From Lepidodermella squamata (lineage: Eukaryota; Animalia; Gastrotricha), in NCBI GenBank assembly GCA_047495785.1, contig JBLDXI010000009.1, positions 4,774,001 to 4,838,000 of the forward strand: DNA of 64,000 nucleotides, read 5' to 3'. Numbering within the stretch: position 1 is the first letter of the stretch; each line of letters opens with the position of its first letter. A program made the translations under genes and the position numbers. The notes under the pieces are model-generated. The model did not search any database and was not told where the DNA came from. It saw only the letters and a list, made by a program, of their open reading frames with translations. Shown here piece by piece: positions 12,578 through 24,295 of this stretch.

Positions 12578-13310
12578 ATAATTCAGCCTGGCAAATTAAC
12601 ACTACCACTGCATAGATGGCGTAGGTCAATCCAACAGTGATTCTGCTAGAGCTGCTCTTCTGCGCATCTGGCTGCGAGCCGGCAGTTTTAACTGTAGTGC
12701 TATTCTTCACCTTTGGTGCTGATGTATTCGCTGATGTTGCGACGCAGAAGAACCTTCAATGGTAGATTAAATGATTCCCTGTTTCGACGTAGTCCCCGTG
12801 GTAGTCGTAGGTTTTGTCGTTTATGTGGTCGATATCGGAGGTTTTTTCTAGGTTGTCGGGGTAGTAGTTGACGTTGCTGCTGGTGTCGGAGTGGCAGTGA
12901 ATACTCGTTGTAGTAGTGGTAGTGGTTGTTGTTGTTGTGGCTGTGAAATGGGCATGGGTGAATTGGCCGCCCGTACCAACAATTTTCAGTATTCCGTAAG
13001 ATGAAATATGTTAATGAGCACTTTTCATTGTTCAGTGCGTGAAATCACAATGAAAAGTGCTCATTAGCATATTTCATCCTACGTAATACTGAAAATTGTT
13101 GGTACGGGCGCCGATTTCCAACCTCGCGATCTCATAAAAATTTGGCATAATATATTTCGCTTGGAGCTTGGAACTTTTGCACTGGTGACCACTACGGGTA
13201 TACAGCGAACGTTACATTTTACATTAAAATTGCGCCACATTCCTTCGTAGCCGATGCGGAGCATGTATCTCAACGTCGAGGTGTCGGCCTACTTTTAGCG
13301 TGAGGTTGAG
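12578..13310 (-). pseudogene. Decayed copy of the C-type gene (LamG-like + Thr-rich stalk + GPI tail)
   Basis: 12580-12950 aligns to the terminal exon of 19274-19650, and 13110-13300 aligns to 19975-20220, with deletions, frameshifts and a MITE insertion. The 5' part is missing. Confidence 0.8.
12970..13108. mobile_element. 139-bp foldback MITE (CCCG..CGGG ends, 2-bp TSD CG)
   Basis: Near-perfect inverted arms of about 60 bp (CCCGTACCAACAATTTTCAGTATT.. / ..AATACTGAAAATTGTTGGTACGGG). The empty site GGCCGCCGATTTCC is present in the paralogue at ~19972. Confidence 0.9.
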
Positions 13311-13915
13311 CGTTTCTGCTGCATATACCCCTAGGCCAAGTATATTTTAGGGCTATACTATGTAAATATGTGTATATATTGGACATAGAGGAGGAAATAT
13401 GTTGAAAAACCGAACATATAATGGCCGAGCCGCAGGCGAGGACGTTTTATGTGAGGTTATAATTGAGATAATAAAATATTATAATAAAAGAATAAAAGAA
13501 ATGAATCCTCGAATGGGATCGATAGCATGAATTGATTTAAAAATGGCGAAAAGCTCATTTTTTGATGAAAAATAGAGATGAAGCATGAAGCCAATGGCAG
13601 GTTGACATATTTCGTTTGAATACACTGTAGCTAGACTTTCATTTCGAGTTTTTTTGTTTTTATTTCGACGTCCAAGACTGTGATGTCCGATTGAAAAATT
13701 GTCAAATCACCGGGTATTTTGAGAGAGATTGAGTTCAAATAAAAGCTTTTTACTGCAGTCTAAAAGATAGTATATAACCGTGCCACTTCAGAAACGAAAA
13801 CGCGAGATACAAGATGTATTCAAGATGGGAAAAAGAACCATTGACTCTATAAACTCACAGGTCACAACTCAACCGAGAACATCAGCAATATTTATTTTAG
13901 CGCTTAGTTCACAGC

Positions 13916-15107
13916 TTAAGATAATGATAAGTAACAATACATTACTGAACATGCCAAAAGCATGGAAACCATCAAATAACCAGCACTTTTAGTGGTAATT
14001 GATCCGTTATTTTTGCTGGCGGATGGCGATTCAGCTGACTTGGAACTCGTAATTGTGACTGACGCGGATGATGATACGACGGTCCCACCTGCAGTGGATG
14101 TTGATGATGCAACAGCGGGAGAGCTGTTTGATTTTGTGCTAATGCTTGTCTAAAAAAATAATGAAAGTTACCCAAATGGGAAATTCAAGGCTTGCTTCCA
14201 TTACCTCGGCTTTATTTTGCGAAGTAGTTGTACTTGTTGTTGTAGCTGTTGTTGTTGTGGTTGATGTAGTAGTGGTGGTTGTAGTTGTAGTTGTTGCTGA
14301 AATTTGAAGCAAAATATCTACATGTTAGAATTTCCTGGAAAATTTACGTGGAGCTTTGTAATCCCTGCATGCCACCATCAGTGCATCGTAATTGCTCGTA
14401 TCAAGCTTGGTGTAGATCGAAAACGTGGTAATTGCGTCAGTAGAGCCACGAAATTTACTTCCTATTTCCAGTTTCTTGGCGAAATCCCAGTAGGGTAATC
14501 CTTTCAGATTGAGCACCTTAACCGTGCGCCAGGGCTCGTACGCATTCATTGTTACTTTGAAATTTGCGGATACTGAGTTATCCTGGGCAGTTGGTTGGTA
14601 AGCGATGCGTAAAAATATCCACGATTTCGGCCAGAAATTCCCGATGTCGAATGTGTATCCTTCTCCTCCCCACGAATCACTGTAGTAACTTAAGGTAAGA
14701 CCGTAACCCATGATACTCAGTTGCAGGCATGGGCGGTCGTTGTAACACAAAACAGAGAAAATATTTCCTCCGTAATTCAAGTCGCTGATATAATAGTAGA
14801 AAGATATTACAAAGCCGTTTCGGATGAAATAAAGATCGGGCAATTCAGCAAGAACAATGCTACTTTCGTTCGTGAAGCATGTACCGGGCGTTGACGAAGG
14901 CCCAGCGCAGCTCGTTGACCAGGTCGAGAAGTTCTTGGAAATTGAAACCCCGCCTTTGTAAACTTCCGTGGCGTTTGCTTCGTTATCCAGTGGGAACAAC
15001 GCATAGAGGTCTTGCTTTTGCGGCATCAGATCAGCGAGTGGATGAGCTGCGAGATTGCCATCTGGTAAGCTCAAGATCGCAAAGATGAGGATGATTTGAC
15101 GAAGCAT
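13916..15107 (-). CDS. Surface glycoprotein D1: signal peptide + LamG-like + Thr/Ser stalk + GPI-type tail, no SEA-like domain (3 exons)
   Basis: MLRQIILIFAIL.. exon to ~14348; poly-Thr exon ~14297-14205; last exon TSISTKS..GYLMVSMLLACSVMYCYLSLS stop at 13916. Confidence 0.85.
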
Positions 15108-15954
15108 TTTCCGGATATAATCTTGGGCTAAAATACTATCTAATTGTAATTTCAAGGTCTCAGCAATTCGTCAAATGCATTCGGGATGTATTGTCGATTT
15201 TCGCCATAATTTAGGAAGGGTTAACGATTTTAGGCCAGGCCGAGGCATGCTTAATAAAGCGTAGAGGATGCTAAGGTGAGTACGACAGATATCCTTTTAG
15301 CAATTTATTATGTGGTTACGGGTTAAATATGTTGACTATTTTTATAATATTTTTATAATATTTTTTCGAACGTGGGCGAATCCGTTAACAGCTACAACAG
15401 TTACTACTTGGTTACTACTAAATATTAATGTTAAATCAAAGTTGCGTCGCAAACATCTAAAAGCATGCAAGAATTATACCTCGCTCGTGCTTGCGTGAGA
15501 TGATCGATATAATCGAGTGCTGGCCTTTGTTTCATTAGCTTCTACCATAGTTTATCGTAAATGAGAAAGCTGCGTTGGCGAGTGAACAAAATTGGAAACT
15601 GCAAATTCCTATGAGACATCAGGAGGCAGCGGCTTCGAAGCTCCTGTTATCTATTATAAATATGATTCGAAAAAAACTAAGTTACGTACGGGACTTCAAT
15701 CGAATGCACATAAAAACCTATTATGATTGCCTTGTGGTGATAATCGACAAACGCCTCTCCTCCGCTGTTTCCATAACCGCGCCTAGTTCATTCCTAGGTA
15801 TAGGATATGAAATCAACTTTTTCAGTCATCGCTATTTTTCATTGCTTTTCATTACGCGGCTGGAATATAAATATGAAGTTCGATCCAAGTGACATTCATC
15901 TCCTGGAGACCGATTGTTGCTTTAGAAGTTTGTTTTTACTTCATGTAAATTTGG

Positions 15955-16165
15955 TATAAAGTGTGCGCAAACTTTTTTCGCGTCGCATTTTTTTTAATAA
16001 TTTGTTCAACCGTACGTGATGCGAAACGCGGATTCCCTAAGATTTTGTTTCAAATCACCATTCTAACGATGACTAGATCTATCGAATGGCGAGAACCGCA
16101 TTGAACTCGTAGTTTTAAAGTTATTCAAAAAAAACGAGGCAAAAAAAGTTTGCGCACATTTTACA
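15955..16165. mobile_element. MITE-like element (~210 bp)
   Basis: Imperfect TIR of about 45 bp: AAAGTGTGCGCAAACTTTTTT.. / ..AAAAAAAGTTTGCGCACATTTT. Confidence 0.7.
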
Positions 16166-16387
16166 TTCAATCTTTCGTGGGTTTTAGGTAAACGGAAATC
16201 AGGCTGATATCAATAAAATAAGAATAAATGAATATGCAGGTTTTTTCAAGCAAAGGGAAAATACGAGAGCATCAAAAATCCAAGCCCCACTCATTTTTAA
16301 ATTCAGCGTTCCATCAAAAGAATAACAGATTCGAAATGAATTTAAGGCAATGTAATAAATCATAAGGAAAAAATGGTGATAGAAAAG

Positions 16388-18196
16388 TCAAATGCGGATA
16401 ATTGCGGCCACCAAGCTGCCAAATAAAGCCATAAGAGCGGCACTTCCTCGCAGGATTGTCGCAGCACTCTTCTTCCTCGATGGCCTGCCAGTATTCAGGA
16501 AATCTTGGATAGTCAAATTAGCGGCTGTATCTCCAAACGAAGTTGTCATTTTTGTAACGGCACTCCCTGCAACTTTTTGAAGGTCGCTTTCAGACAACAC
16601 AGCGCCACTGGCGGAGGCGACTAATGCTGTGAAATTTACTTTGAACGCATTCGTGGATGTACTGCGATCGTTTGGGAAAAAAACGTTTAATATCAAAAAG
16701 GCATTCGATTAAAATCCCCACTCGTATGTGATGTTGCTGACTGCGACTGAATCAGCTCCATTCAGATTTTTCTTCATATCGTTTGCCAGTGAAGATCGGA
16801 TAAGAGCGGCAGTTGCTGGATCAGATAAAGCCGCCGCGGTTACGACAGTTCCATCAGACAGCCGGAGCTCTCCAGGTTTGACGTTGAATGCTGGATAGAA
16901 AATAGTCATCAAATTAAAAAATTCAAGAAATTGAAGATTTTAGCTGTTAAAACAATAAATCATGGCCATCTTTTCCAGTGAAATCATTGGAATTTTCACT
17001 CAATTTCAAAACATGCACGCGGTAAGAATCGTCTCGATGGAAAGGCAGAAAACCCCCTGAAAACTAATTAAACTAATCGAACCCGATATTACGGATATAG
17101 AAAAAAATTGGTAAGGTGTTTAATACTCATTGCATAAAGAGAATCTGCAGCAGGCGCCGTAGGAACATTGCTCGAGCTGGGGGCCATAGTGGGCTGACTT
17201 GTCAAGGCTCCTGATTTAGTAACAGTCGTCGTAGATGCAGAAACAAAAGGAGTTGTCGTTTGCTGAGCCGCACCTGCGCTAACAACGGATTGAGGTTTTG
17301 CCGTGCTTGCACTCGTCTGGGTTATTGAAGCTTGCTCAGTTGATGTCGGTTGGTTCATTTTCGAGGTCGAAGTTGCGGAAAAAGTGGGCTGGGCAGTAGT
17401 TTTGATATCATCTGAAAAAAGCGTCTCAAACCTAGCACTATTTTAGATGTTAGAAAAAATGAATATTACCCAAGTAGGTTTGACAGGCCCTTGTTACGGC
17501 TTCACTATCACGCGGGTCGATGTTTTCCGTTTTGTAGATAACCAAGCATGCCAGAGCGTCATCAGGCATGAACTGCGCCGTGCCTGAAAAACCCAGGTAG
17601 AAGCGATTGCTGGCGCCAAGATTGATATTTTTGACATTTTTGAATTCCTCGTAATCGTTTCCAATTCTAAGAAGGAGATTTGAACCGTCGTATCTAATTT
17701 TAGCTACATTCCATTCTCCTGGTTGGAAAGATGCCATTTCGTAATTATTGGATGGCGGCGACCGCACTATGAGATTTGTTGAGTTTACTTCAACAGCAAA
17801 AACATCGGATCCGTTGTTGAACGAGAATATTGACCCCTGCGTGTCAGCTTTGTTCAACTTGAAGAAGAAAGTGACGTGAAATTTGTTGTTTATAACTGGG
17901 AATTGCTGTGTCAGGTAAACGTTGATCAGTCTGGCACTCTTTCCAGGGAAAGTGTAACACGAGCTCACAGGAGCCTTGGTTGGGCCGTCGCAATTCCACC
18001 AACTAGCAGTTGGAATTAGTGGTTTCACTCTGTTTGGCCCAACATCTTTATCCCAGGAGATGGAGTCAAGGGGAAAGACTGCAAACAAGTCATTCGCTTT
18101 TGGCAGCAGTGGTATCAGAGGATGATCATTTTGAGCCATACATGTTTCGAGCGTGAAGGCCACAGCTACAATCAAACAGATCTCCTTGGTCGGCAT
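16388..18196 (-). CDS. Surface glycoprotein A4 (LamG-like + mucin stalk + SEA-like + GPI-type tail; 4 exons)
   Basis: ORF pieces 17450-18196, 17089-17358, 16709-16912 and 16388-16696 join in frame at phase 1,1,2 introns; closest to A3. Confidence 0.87.
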
Positions 18197-18868
18197 GATG
18201 AAATAAAATTCTCTGCAGCAAAATGAAATATGTGAATAACAGTGGCTTCGGGATTTTTATTTGATCGGAAACCACGCTCTAGCTCTCTGACGCAACAATG
18301 TTCAATAAAAACCGCTTTATGAGATTTGTATCCTTGCCATTTCGCGAGAACAGAGAACAGGATGTATATATATTTTCAGACACTATTGTAGAGTTTTATT
18401 TTTCATATCGCAAAAATGTTTAAGGCTGTAAACTCGGTAAAACGGGTTTAACTTTGACTATAATTTCTATGAATGAATATTCTAACTGCTCCTTGAATCT
18501 GTATTGTCAAACAGTTCCCGTGCGATGTTCCTTTGAAGTTGCTTAAACCCGACCGGTCTAAACCGGACGATTTCGGGTGGCTCGATCCGAAAGTGTGGAC
18601 TTTACATTGTCATTTTATTGTCTTAACCGGACTGGTGGTATAAACCGGGACGGAAAGGGGGATCACCCCCTCTCCAATCCTTCCAGCTCGGGCCAAGCAA
18701 CATAATCAGCAGAATTTATCCCATTTTTAATCGAAGTGACTAAGCATCTTGGCAAATACAGCAAAAGCAAAAAATTCCATCCCTGGTTCTTTGGGGATCG
18801 CACCCTGCTGTAGAATATCGCAATAACCAGAATCTCAGCGAATGTTCTACATGGCAAACTTGAAAATA

Positions 18869-19032
18869 CAGTGGAACCCCGATTTCGCGTCTTCTGCAGT
18901 TCCACGAAAATCCTGACAGGAAATATAGTATTTTTGCGTGTAATTGCCCTACTCGAAGTCGCTCCTAAATATTTACATGTAGCGTTTACCTTCATACGGA
19001 AAATCTGGTGACGGGAAATTGGGGTTCCACTG
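18869..19032. mobile_element. Tc1/mariner-pogo type MITE (164 bp)
   Basis: TA|CAGTGGAACCCCGATTTC .. GAAATTGGGGTTCCACTG|TA; TA target duplication. Confidence 0.85.
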
Positions 19033-19273
19033 TATTCTTAATTGAAGATGACAATTACTACACTAAAAACTATACCTCGTAGGGCTATGGTTCCAAACAA
19101 GGCTTCGACATTTAAAATGAAAAGAGTTTCGACAAGAAGAGAGTTCCTCAACAAATGATTGAGAAGGGAAAGGTTCTTTATTTCGTCTGGGAAAGCTATT
19201 CGGGTATCCATTTCGCCAACGCAAAAAAACAGTTCTGGAAAAGTTATTTGTTTCTGTTTTAAATTTCATAATT

Positions 19274-20608
19274 TTATTCTGCCTGGCAAATGAACACAAT
19301 GACAGCATAGATGGCGTAGATAAATCCAACCGTGATTCTGCTAGAACTGCTCTTCTGCGCATCTGGCTGTGAATCAGCAGTTTTAACTGTAGTGCTATTC
19401 CCGGCTTTTGTTCCTGATGAAGCTGATGTTGCGGCAGCAGAAGCGCCTGTCGTAGATGTAATGATCGCCGGTTTCGACGTTGGCCCCAAGGTGGTCGTCG
19501 GCGTGGTCGCTTGCGTGGTACTTTTAGTCGATGTCGAAGGTTCTGTTGTGGTTGTGGTCGTAGTGGAAGTTGTGGTTGTTGACGTTGTTGTTGTTGTTGT
19601 TGTTGCCGGCGTAGTCGTACTCGTTATTGTTGTAGTAGTGGTGGCTGTGAAATAGGCAAAAGTACATCCCTTTTTAGTGCTCTTGCTGAGACTTTCGAAA
19701 ATTGACTTCTTGAATACTCAGATAGAAATCTGTGATCATTGAGAATTAGCCTTTCGGTGTCTCGATATATCTCAGTTTTGGTTCCATCGATAGTTAAGTT
19801 TTTAGAGTAGGCAGTAGGTAATGAGGCAGGAATATCTGTTTTAGAAGATGTAACGCAGCTTACGCGGGGCATTATAGTCTCTGCATGCATACATCAGCGC
19901 GTTGTAATTGCTCGGATCCAGCCAAGTGTATAGAGGAACAGTAGTCAAGGCATCTTGCGCACAAAAATTCGGGCCGCCGATTTCCAACCTCGTTATATAG
20001 TAAAAATTCGGCATATATTTTGCTTGGAACTTTGAAACAGTTGCCCACGATTGGTATTCATTGATTGTTACATTAAAAGTGCGCCACGTTCCGTCGTAGC
20101 CGATGCGGACAAAGTTCCATGAATTCCATTGCAAATCGCCGAGTTTGAACTTCTCCCCCTCTACGCCAAATCTATCGGAGATGTAGCTCAACGTCAGCGG
20201 GCTGTCTCTATTTTTATCGCGAGGCGAGGAGATTCAGAATCGTTTGAGTCAAACAACGCAATGATTCCGCCTGACATTGGGCTCCAATTACCGACGTAAT
20301 AATAGAAGGCGATTGAGCAGAAATTGTTGACTCGGTGCTTGCACCACTGTTATTCCCGTTTCGCCAGTGAAGCATGTCCCTGGCGTTCCCGATGGGCCTT
20401 TGCAACCGAGCTGCCAGCTACTGTGCTTCTTTTCTAGCGAAAGGCTGCCTGTGTTCACCTCATTGCTCAACGCCGTGTTATCCAGAGGGAAAAGAAGCTT
20501 GAGGTAACTTCTTTGAGGCAATACCGCCAGCGAAGGATGCTGCGCATTGCCGTGGAACGGCATATTTAGCAACATTTAACTCGCTATTGATAGTACTCTT
20601 CCTAACAT
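19274..20608 (-). pseudogene. C-type gene (LamG-like + long Thr stalk + GPI tail), disabled
   Basis: In-frame TAA in the signal peptide (MLGRVLSIAS*MLLN) and two frameshifts (~20312, ~20205). The pieces IAFYYYVG..GGII and LTLSYISD align to D1/D2. Confidence 0.8.
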
Positions 20609-21119
20609 TTTATGGTTGAACAATTCGGGTTAAGAATGTGGACAGGTACGACAGCTTATATAGAGTCGTGCCCCCGCTCCAAGGCCATCGCTCAAGGTGG
20701 CTAATGCGGGGTAATTCGATTAATTATTTCTCAATGCCTGCATGAGGCCTGAATAATTTAACGCCCACAGCCGCATCAGAAGTGGTATAAGAAGTACCTA
20801 CGTTTGAAAGGTTGCAAATTTTGTTCCAGGCGTATTTATTCAACACTTTCTTTATGTCAGAAACTTATTTGCCCACGCAATAAGTATCGAGCTGTCGAAA
20901 TAATTGAATGAAGAATGAATATTGCAACTGCTCCTCGAATCGTTTTCTGCCGGATAGTTTCCGCCTGACTCTGATACACTGGTATCGCAATTCCTGAAAT
21001 GGACATATATTACTCTCAATAATTAACGTCAATTAAAATGAAGCATCGTATCGGAAAAGAACAAGGCAAAAGCTAGCCCTATCAATCGCGTTTGAACCTA
21101 AAAAACCTTTGCGGGACGC

Positions 21120-21570
21120 GGCGAATGAAGGTGATAAACAGATAAGGTGGACAGAAGACGGACGAAAGGTTGAATGCGTTCAATAACGTAAAGGAAGCGT
21201 TTCTGAAAAGCTCCAGTTCTGAGCGTTCCAGATCTTAACAAACCGTTTGTCGTTTACACGGACGCTTCGAACATCGCCTCGGCGCTCTATTATGTCAGGA
21301 GCAGGAGGGAAAGCTAAGGTTGATCTCGTCGGCGAGTCGGTTTCTCGACAAGATCCAACGCCGCTATTCGACGATTCATCGCATTGGCCATCTATTGGGC
21401 GGTCACGAAAAGATTCAAGGTCAATTTGCATGATCGTCTCGAACTGCGAACGGATCATCGGCCGGTAACCTGGCTAATGTCGTTCAAGGGCCCTCCCGCT
21501 TTAAATTCGACGCAATCTACGACCTTGAACGAAGCAATATGCCGATGCCCTCACGAGATGCTTCCCGGAA
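21120..21570 (+). mobile_element. Ty3/Gypsy LTR retrotransposon pol relic (RT connection + RNase H)
   Basis: Frameshifted motifs in canonical order: AFNNVKEAFL..APVLSVPDLNKPFVVYTDAS, LGALLCQ..ISSASRFL..RYST, AIYWAV..F..TDHRPVTWL, ADALTR. Confidence 0.88.
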
Positions 21571-21947
21571 AAACTTGAAGAAGAAAGCGGCGGTTGTTGC
21601 AATATGACTTCCAAGGAGTGGCGGTGTAATCTTCGATATGTCCCCAATCCCAATGCTAGAGATGGAGCAGCCAATAGCAGGTTGGCATAATACATCATTA
21701 AAATTTGAATACCCTGTAGCTTTCATTTCGAATGCTTTTTTATTTCGCCGTGAAAAATGTCAAATCATCGGGTATCTTGAGAGAGATTGAGTTCAAATAA
21801 AAGCTTTTACTGTAGTCCAAAAGATCGCATATAATCTTGCCACTTCAGAAATGTAAACGCGAGAAATCAAAGATGGGAAAGAGAAATAATCAGTCACAAC
21901 TAAACCGAGAACATCAGCAATATTGATTTTAGCGCTTAGTTCACAGC

Positions 21948-23157
21948 TTAAGATAATGATAAGTAACAATACATTACTGAACATGCCAAAAGCATCGAAA
22001 CCATAAAATAACCAATATTCTTAGTGGCAATTGATCCGTTATTTTTGCTGGCGGATGGCGATTCAGCTGACTTGGAACTCGTAATTGTGACTGACGCGGA
22101 TGATGATACGACGGTCCCACCTGCAGTGGATGTTGATGATGCAACAGCAGGAGAATTGGTTGACTTTGTGCTAACGCTTGTCTAAGGCACCAATGCAAGT
22201 TACCGATACGGGAAATTCAAAGTTTGCTTTCATTACCTCAGCTTTATTTTGCTGGGTAGAAGTAGTAGTTGATTTAGTAGTTGTTGCAGGCGTTGTTGTC
22301 GTAGTTGTGGTGGTGGTGGTGGTGGTTGAAGTTGTAGTAGTTGCTGAAATTTGAAGCAAAATATCTATATTTTACAATTCGCTAGAAAAATTACGTGGAG
22401 CTTTGTAGTCTCTGCATGCCACCATAAGAGGATCGTAATTGCTTGTATCAAGCTTGGTGTATATCGAAAACGTGGTAATCGCGTCAGTAGAGCCACGAAA
22501 ATTACTTCCAATTTGCAGTTTCTTAGCGAAAACCCAGTAGGGCGAACCTCTCAGATTGACTACCGTAACGCTGTGCCTGGGCTCGTACTCATTCATTGTT
22601 ATTTTGAAATTTCCTTGTACTGAATTATCTTGTGATGTTGGCTGGTAATAGATGCGTAAAAATAACCATGATTCCGGCCAAAAATCTCCAATTTTGTACG
22701 CGTATGAGTCATCCCCCCACGAATCGCTGTAGTAACTTAAGGTAAGACCGTAACCCATGATACTCAGTTGCAGGCAGGGGAAGTCATTGTAACATAAAAC
22801 AGAGAAAATATTGCCTCCATACGTATTATATGCGCTGACATAATAGTAGAATGATATTACAAAGCCGTTTCGGATGAAATTAATATCAGGCAATTCAGCA
22901 AGAACAATGCTGCTTCCGTTCGTGAAGCATGTACCGCGCGTTGACGAAGGCCCAGCGCAGCTCGTCGACCAGGTCGAGAAGTTCTTGGAAGTTGAAACCC
23001 CGCCTTTGTAGACTTCGGAGGCGTCTGCTTCGTTATCCAGAGGGAACAACGCATAGAGGTCTTGCTTTTGCGGCATCAGATCAACGAGTGGATGAGCTGC
23101 GACATTGCCTTCTGGTAAGCTCACGAACACGGCGACGAGGATGATTTGACGAAGCAT
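21948..23157 (-). CDS. Surface glycoprotein D2 (recent duplicate of D1)
   Basis: Same 3-exon structure as D1; last exon and 3' flank nearly identical; stop at 21948. Confidence 0.85.
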
Positions 23158-23270
23158 TTTCCGGATTATAATCTTGGGCTGAAAAAATTATCTAATATCT
23201 AATTGAAATTTCAAGGTCTTAGCAAGTCGCCAAATGCAATCTGGAAATATTATAGATTTTCGCTTTAGGA

Positions 23271-23880
23271 GCTTTAGATCGCTTCTTTGAGGCAGCACTG
23301 CCAGCAATGGATGTTGCACATTGCCATTGAATGCATTTTATGCCGAGTGTGCTGAAAATTTCAGACTTAAGAAACAGGAAAGTTGCGGTTGCTTATAAAG
23401 ACACCTGCCCCCGCTCCCAAGGCCATCGCTTAAGGTGAGTAATGCGGGGTTATTCGATGAATTATTTCTCATCGCATGCATACGGCTTGAATAATTTATC
23501 GTCCACAGCCGCATCAGAAGTGGTATAAGAAGTACCTGCGTTTGAAAGGTTGCACATTTTTTCCAGGCGTTTTGACGTATTTATTCAACACTTTCTTTAC
23601 GTTAGAACGTATTTAAAGCTAGCCCACGCAAGTATCGAGCCGTCGAAATAATTGAATGAAGAATGAATAATACAACTGCTCTTCGAATCGTTCTTTGCCG
23701 GACATTTTCCGCCTGACCTTGCAGCCTGCAGCAAGATACACTGGTCGCAATTCAGGAATGAATATAATATATTGCTTTGCAAAATAATATCGTGATGCTG
23801 AGACTATCAGCGAAAGTTAGGTATATAAAATGAAGCGTCGTATGGGAAAAGAACAAAGCAAAAACTAGCCATATCAACGG
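23271..23880 (-). pseudogene. 5' relic of a third C-type gene plus duplicated upstream region
   Basis: 23271-23345 matches 20505-20575 (QHPLLAVLPQR); 23390-23880 matches 20655-21090. Confidence 0.7.
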
Positions 23881-23919
23881 CGCTATTCTGAATCCCCGTT
23901 TTAAAGCCAGAAGCCAGAA

Positions 23920-24056
23920 CCCTGCACCAGAATAAAATAACCCTAATTCATCTACAAAAAGGCAGTTATTTACCTACTGAAAGCATGAATTCAGATACCG
24001 AAACTAAATTAATGCTTTCGGTAAATGAATTAGGGTGCTATATTTTTTGGTGTGGG
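23920..24056. mobile_element. Degenerate foldback MITE (CCC..GGG ends, possible 2-bp TSD AA)
   Basis: CCCTGCACCAGAATAAAATAACCCTAATTCAT pairs with ATGAATTAGGGTGCTATATTTTTTGGTGTGGG. Confidence 0.6.
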
Positions 24057-24295
24057 AAAACATGAGAAAAGACAATTCGAGAGGGTAATTGTTGGCCTTA
24101 ACTTCAAACCGAATTACCCCAAATGAAGGCTTGGCCAGCCGATGACAGGCAGGAAACGCCATTCCAACTACAATGAGGAGTTGAGACTTGTTAAATTGTT
24201 TACTAACTCAAAATTAGCAACTGAGATTATTTCATAGACAAAATGTAATAGGAGATCCACAGGTTTTCACTGCTATCAAAATTAGATATCGAATG

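Noticed and set aside
12900-22345. GTT/GTA/GTG triplet runs as microsatellites or a CRISPR-like array
   Set aside because: They encode poly-Thr stalks on the minus strand; there is no repeat-spacer structure and the DNA is eukaryotic.
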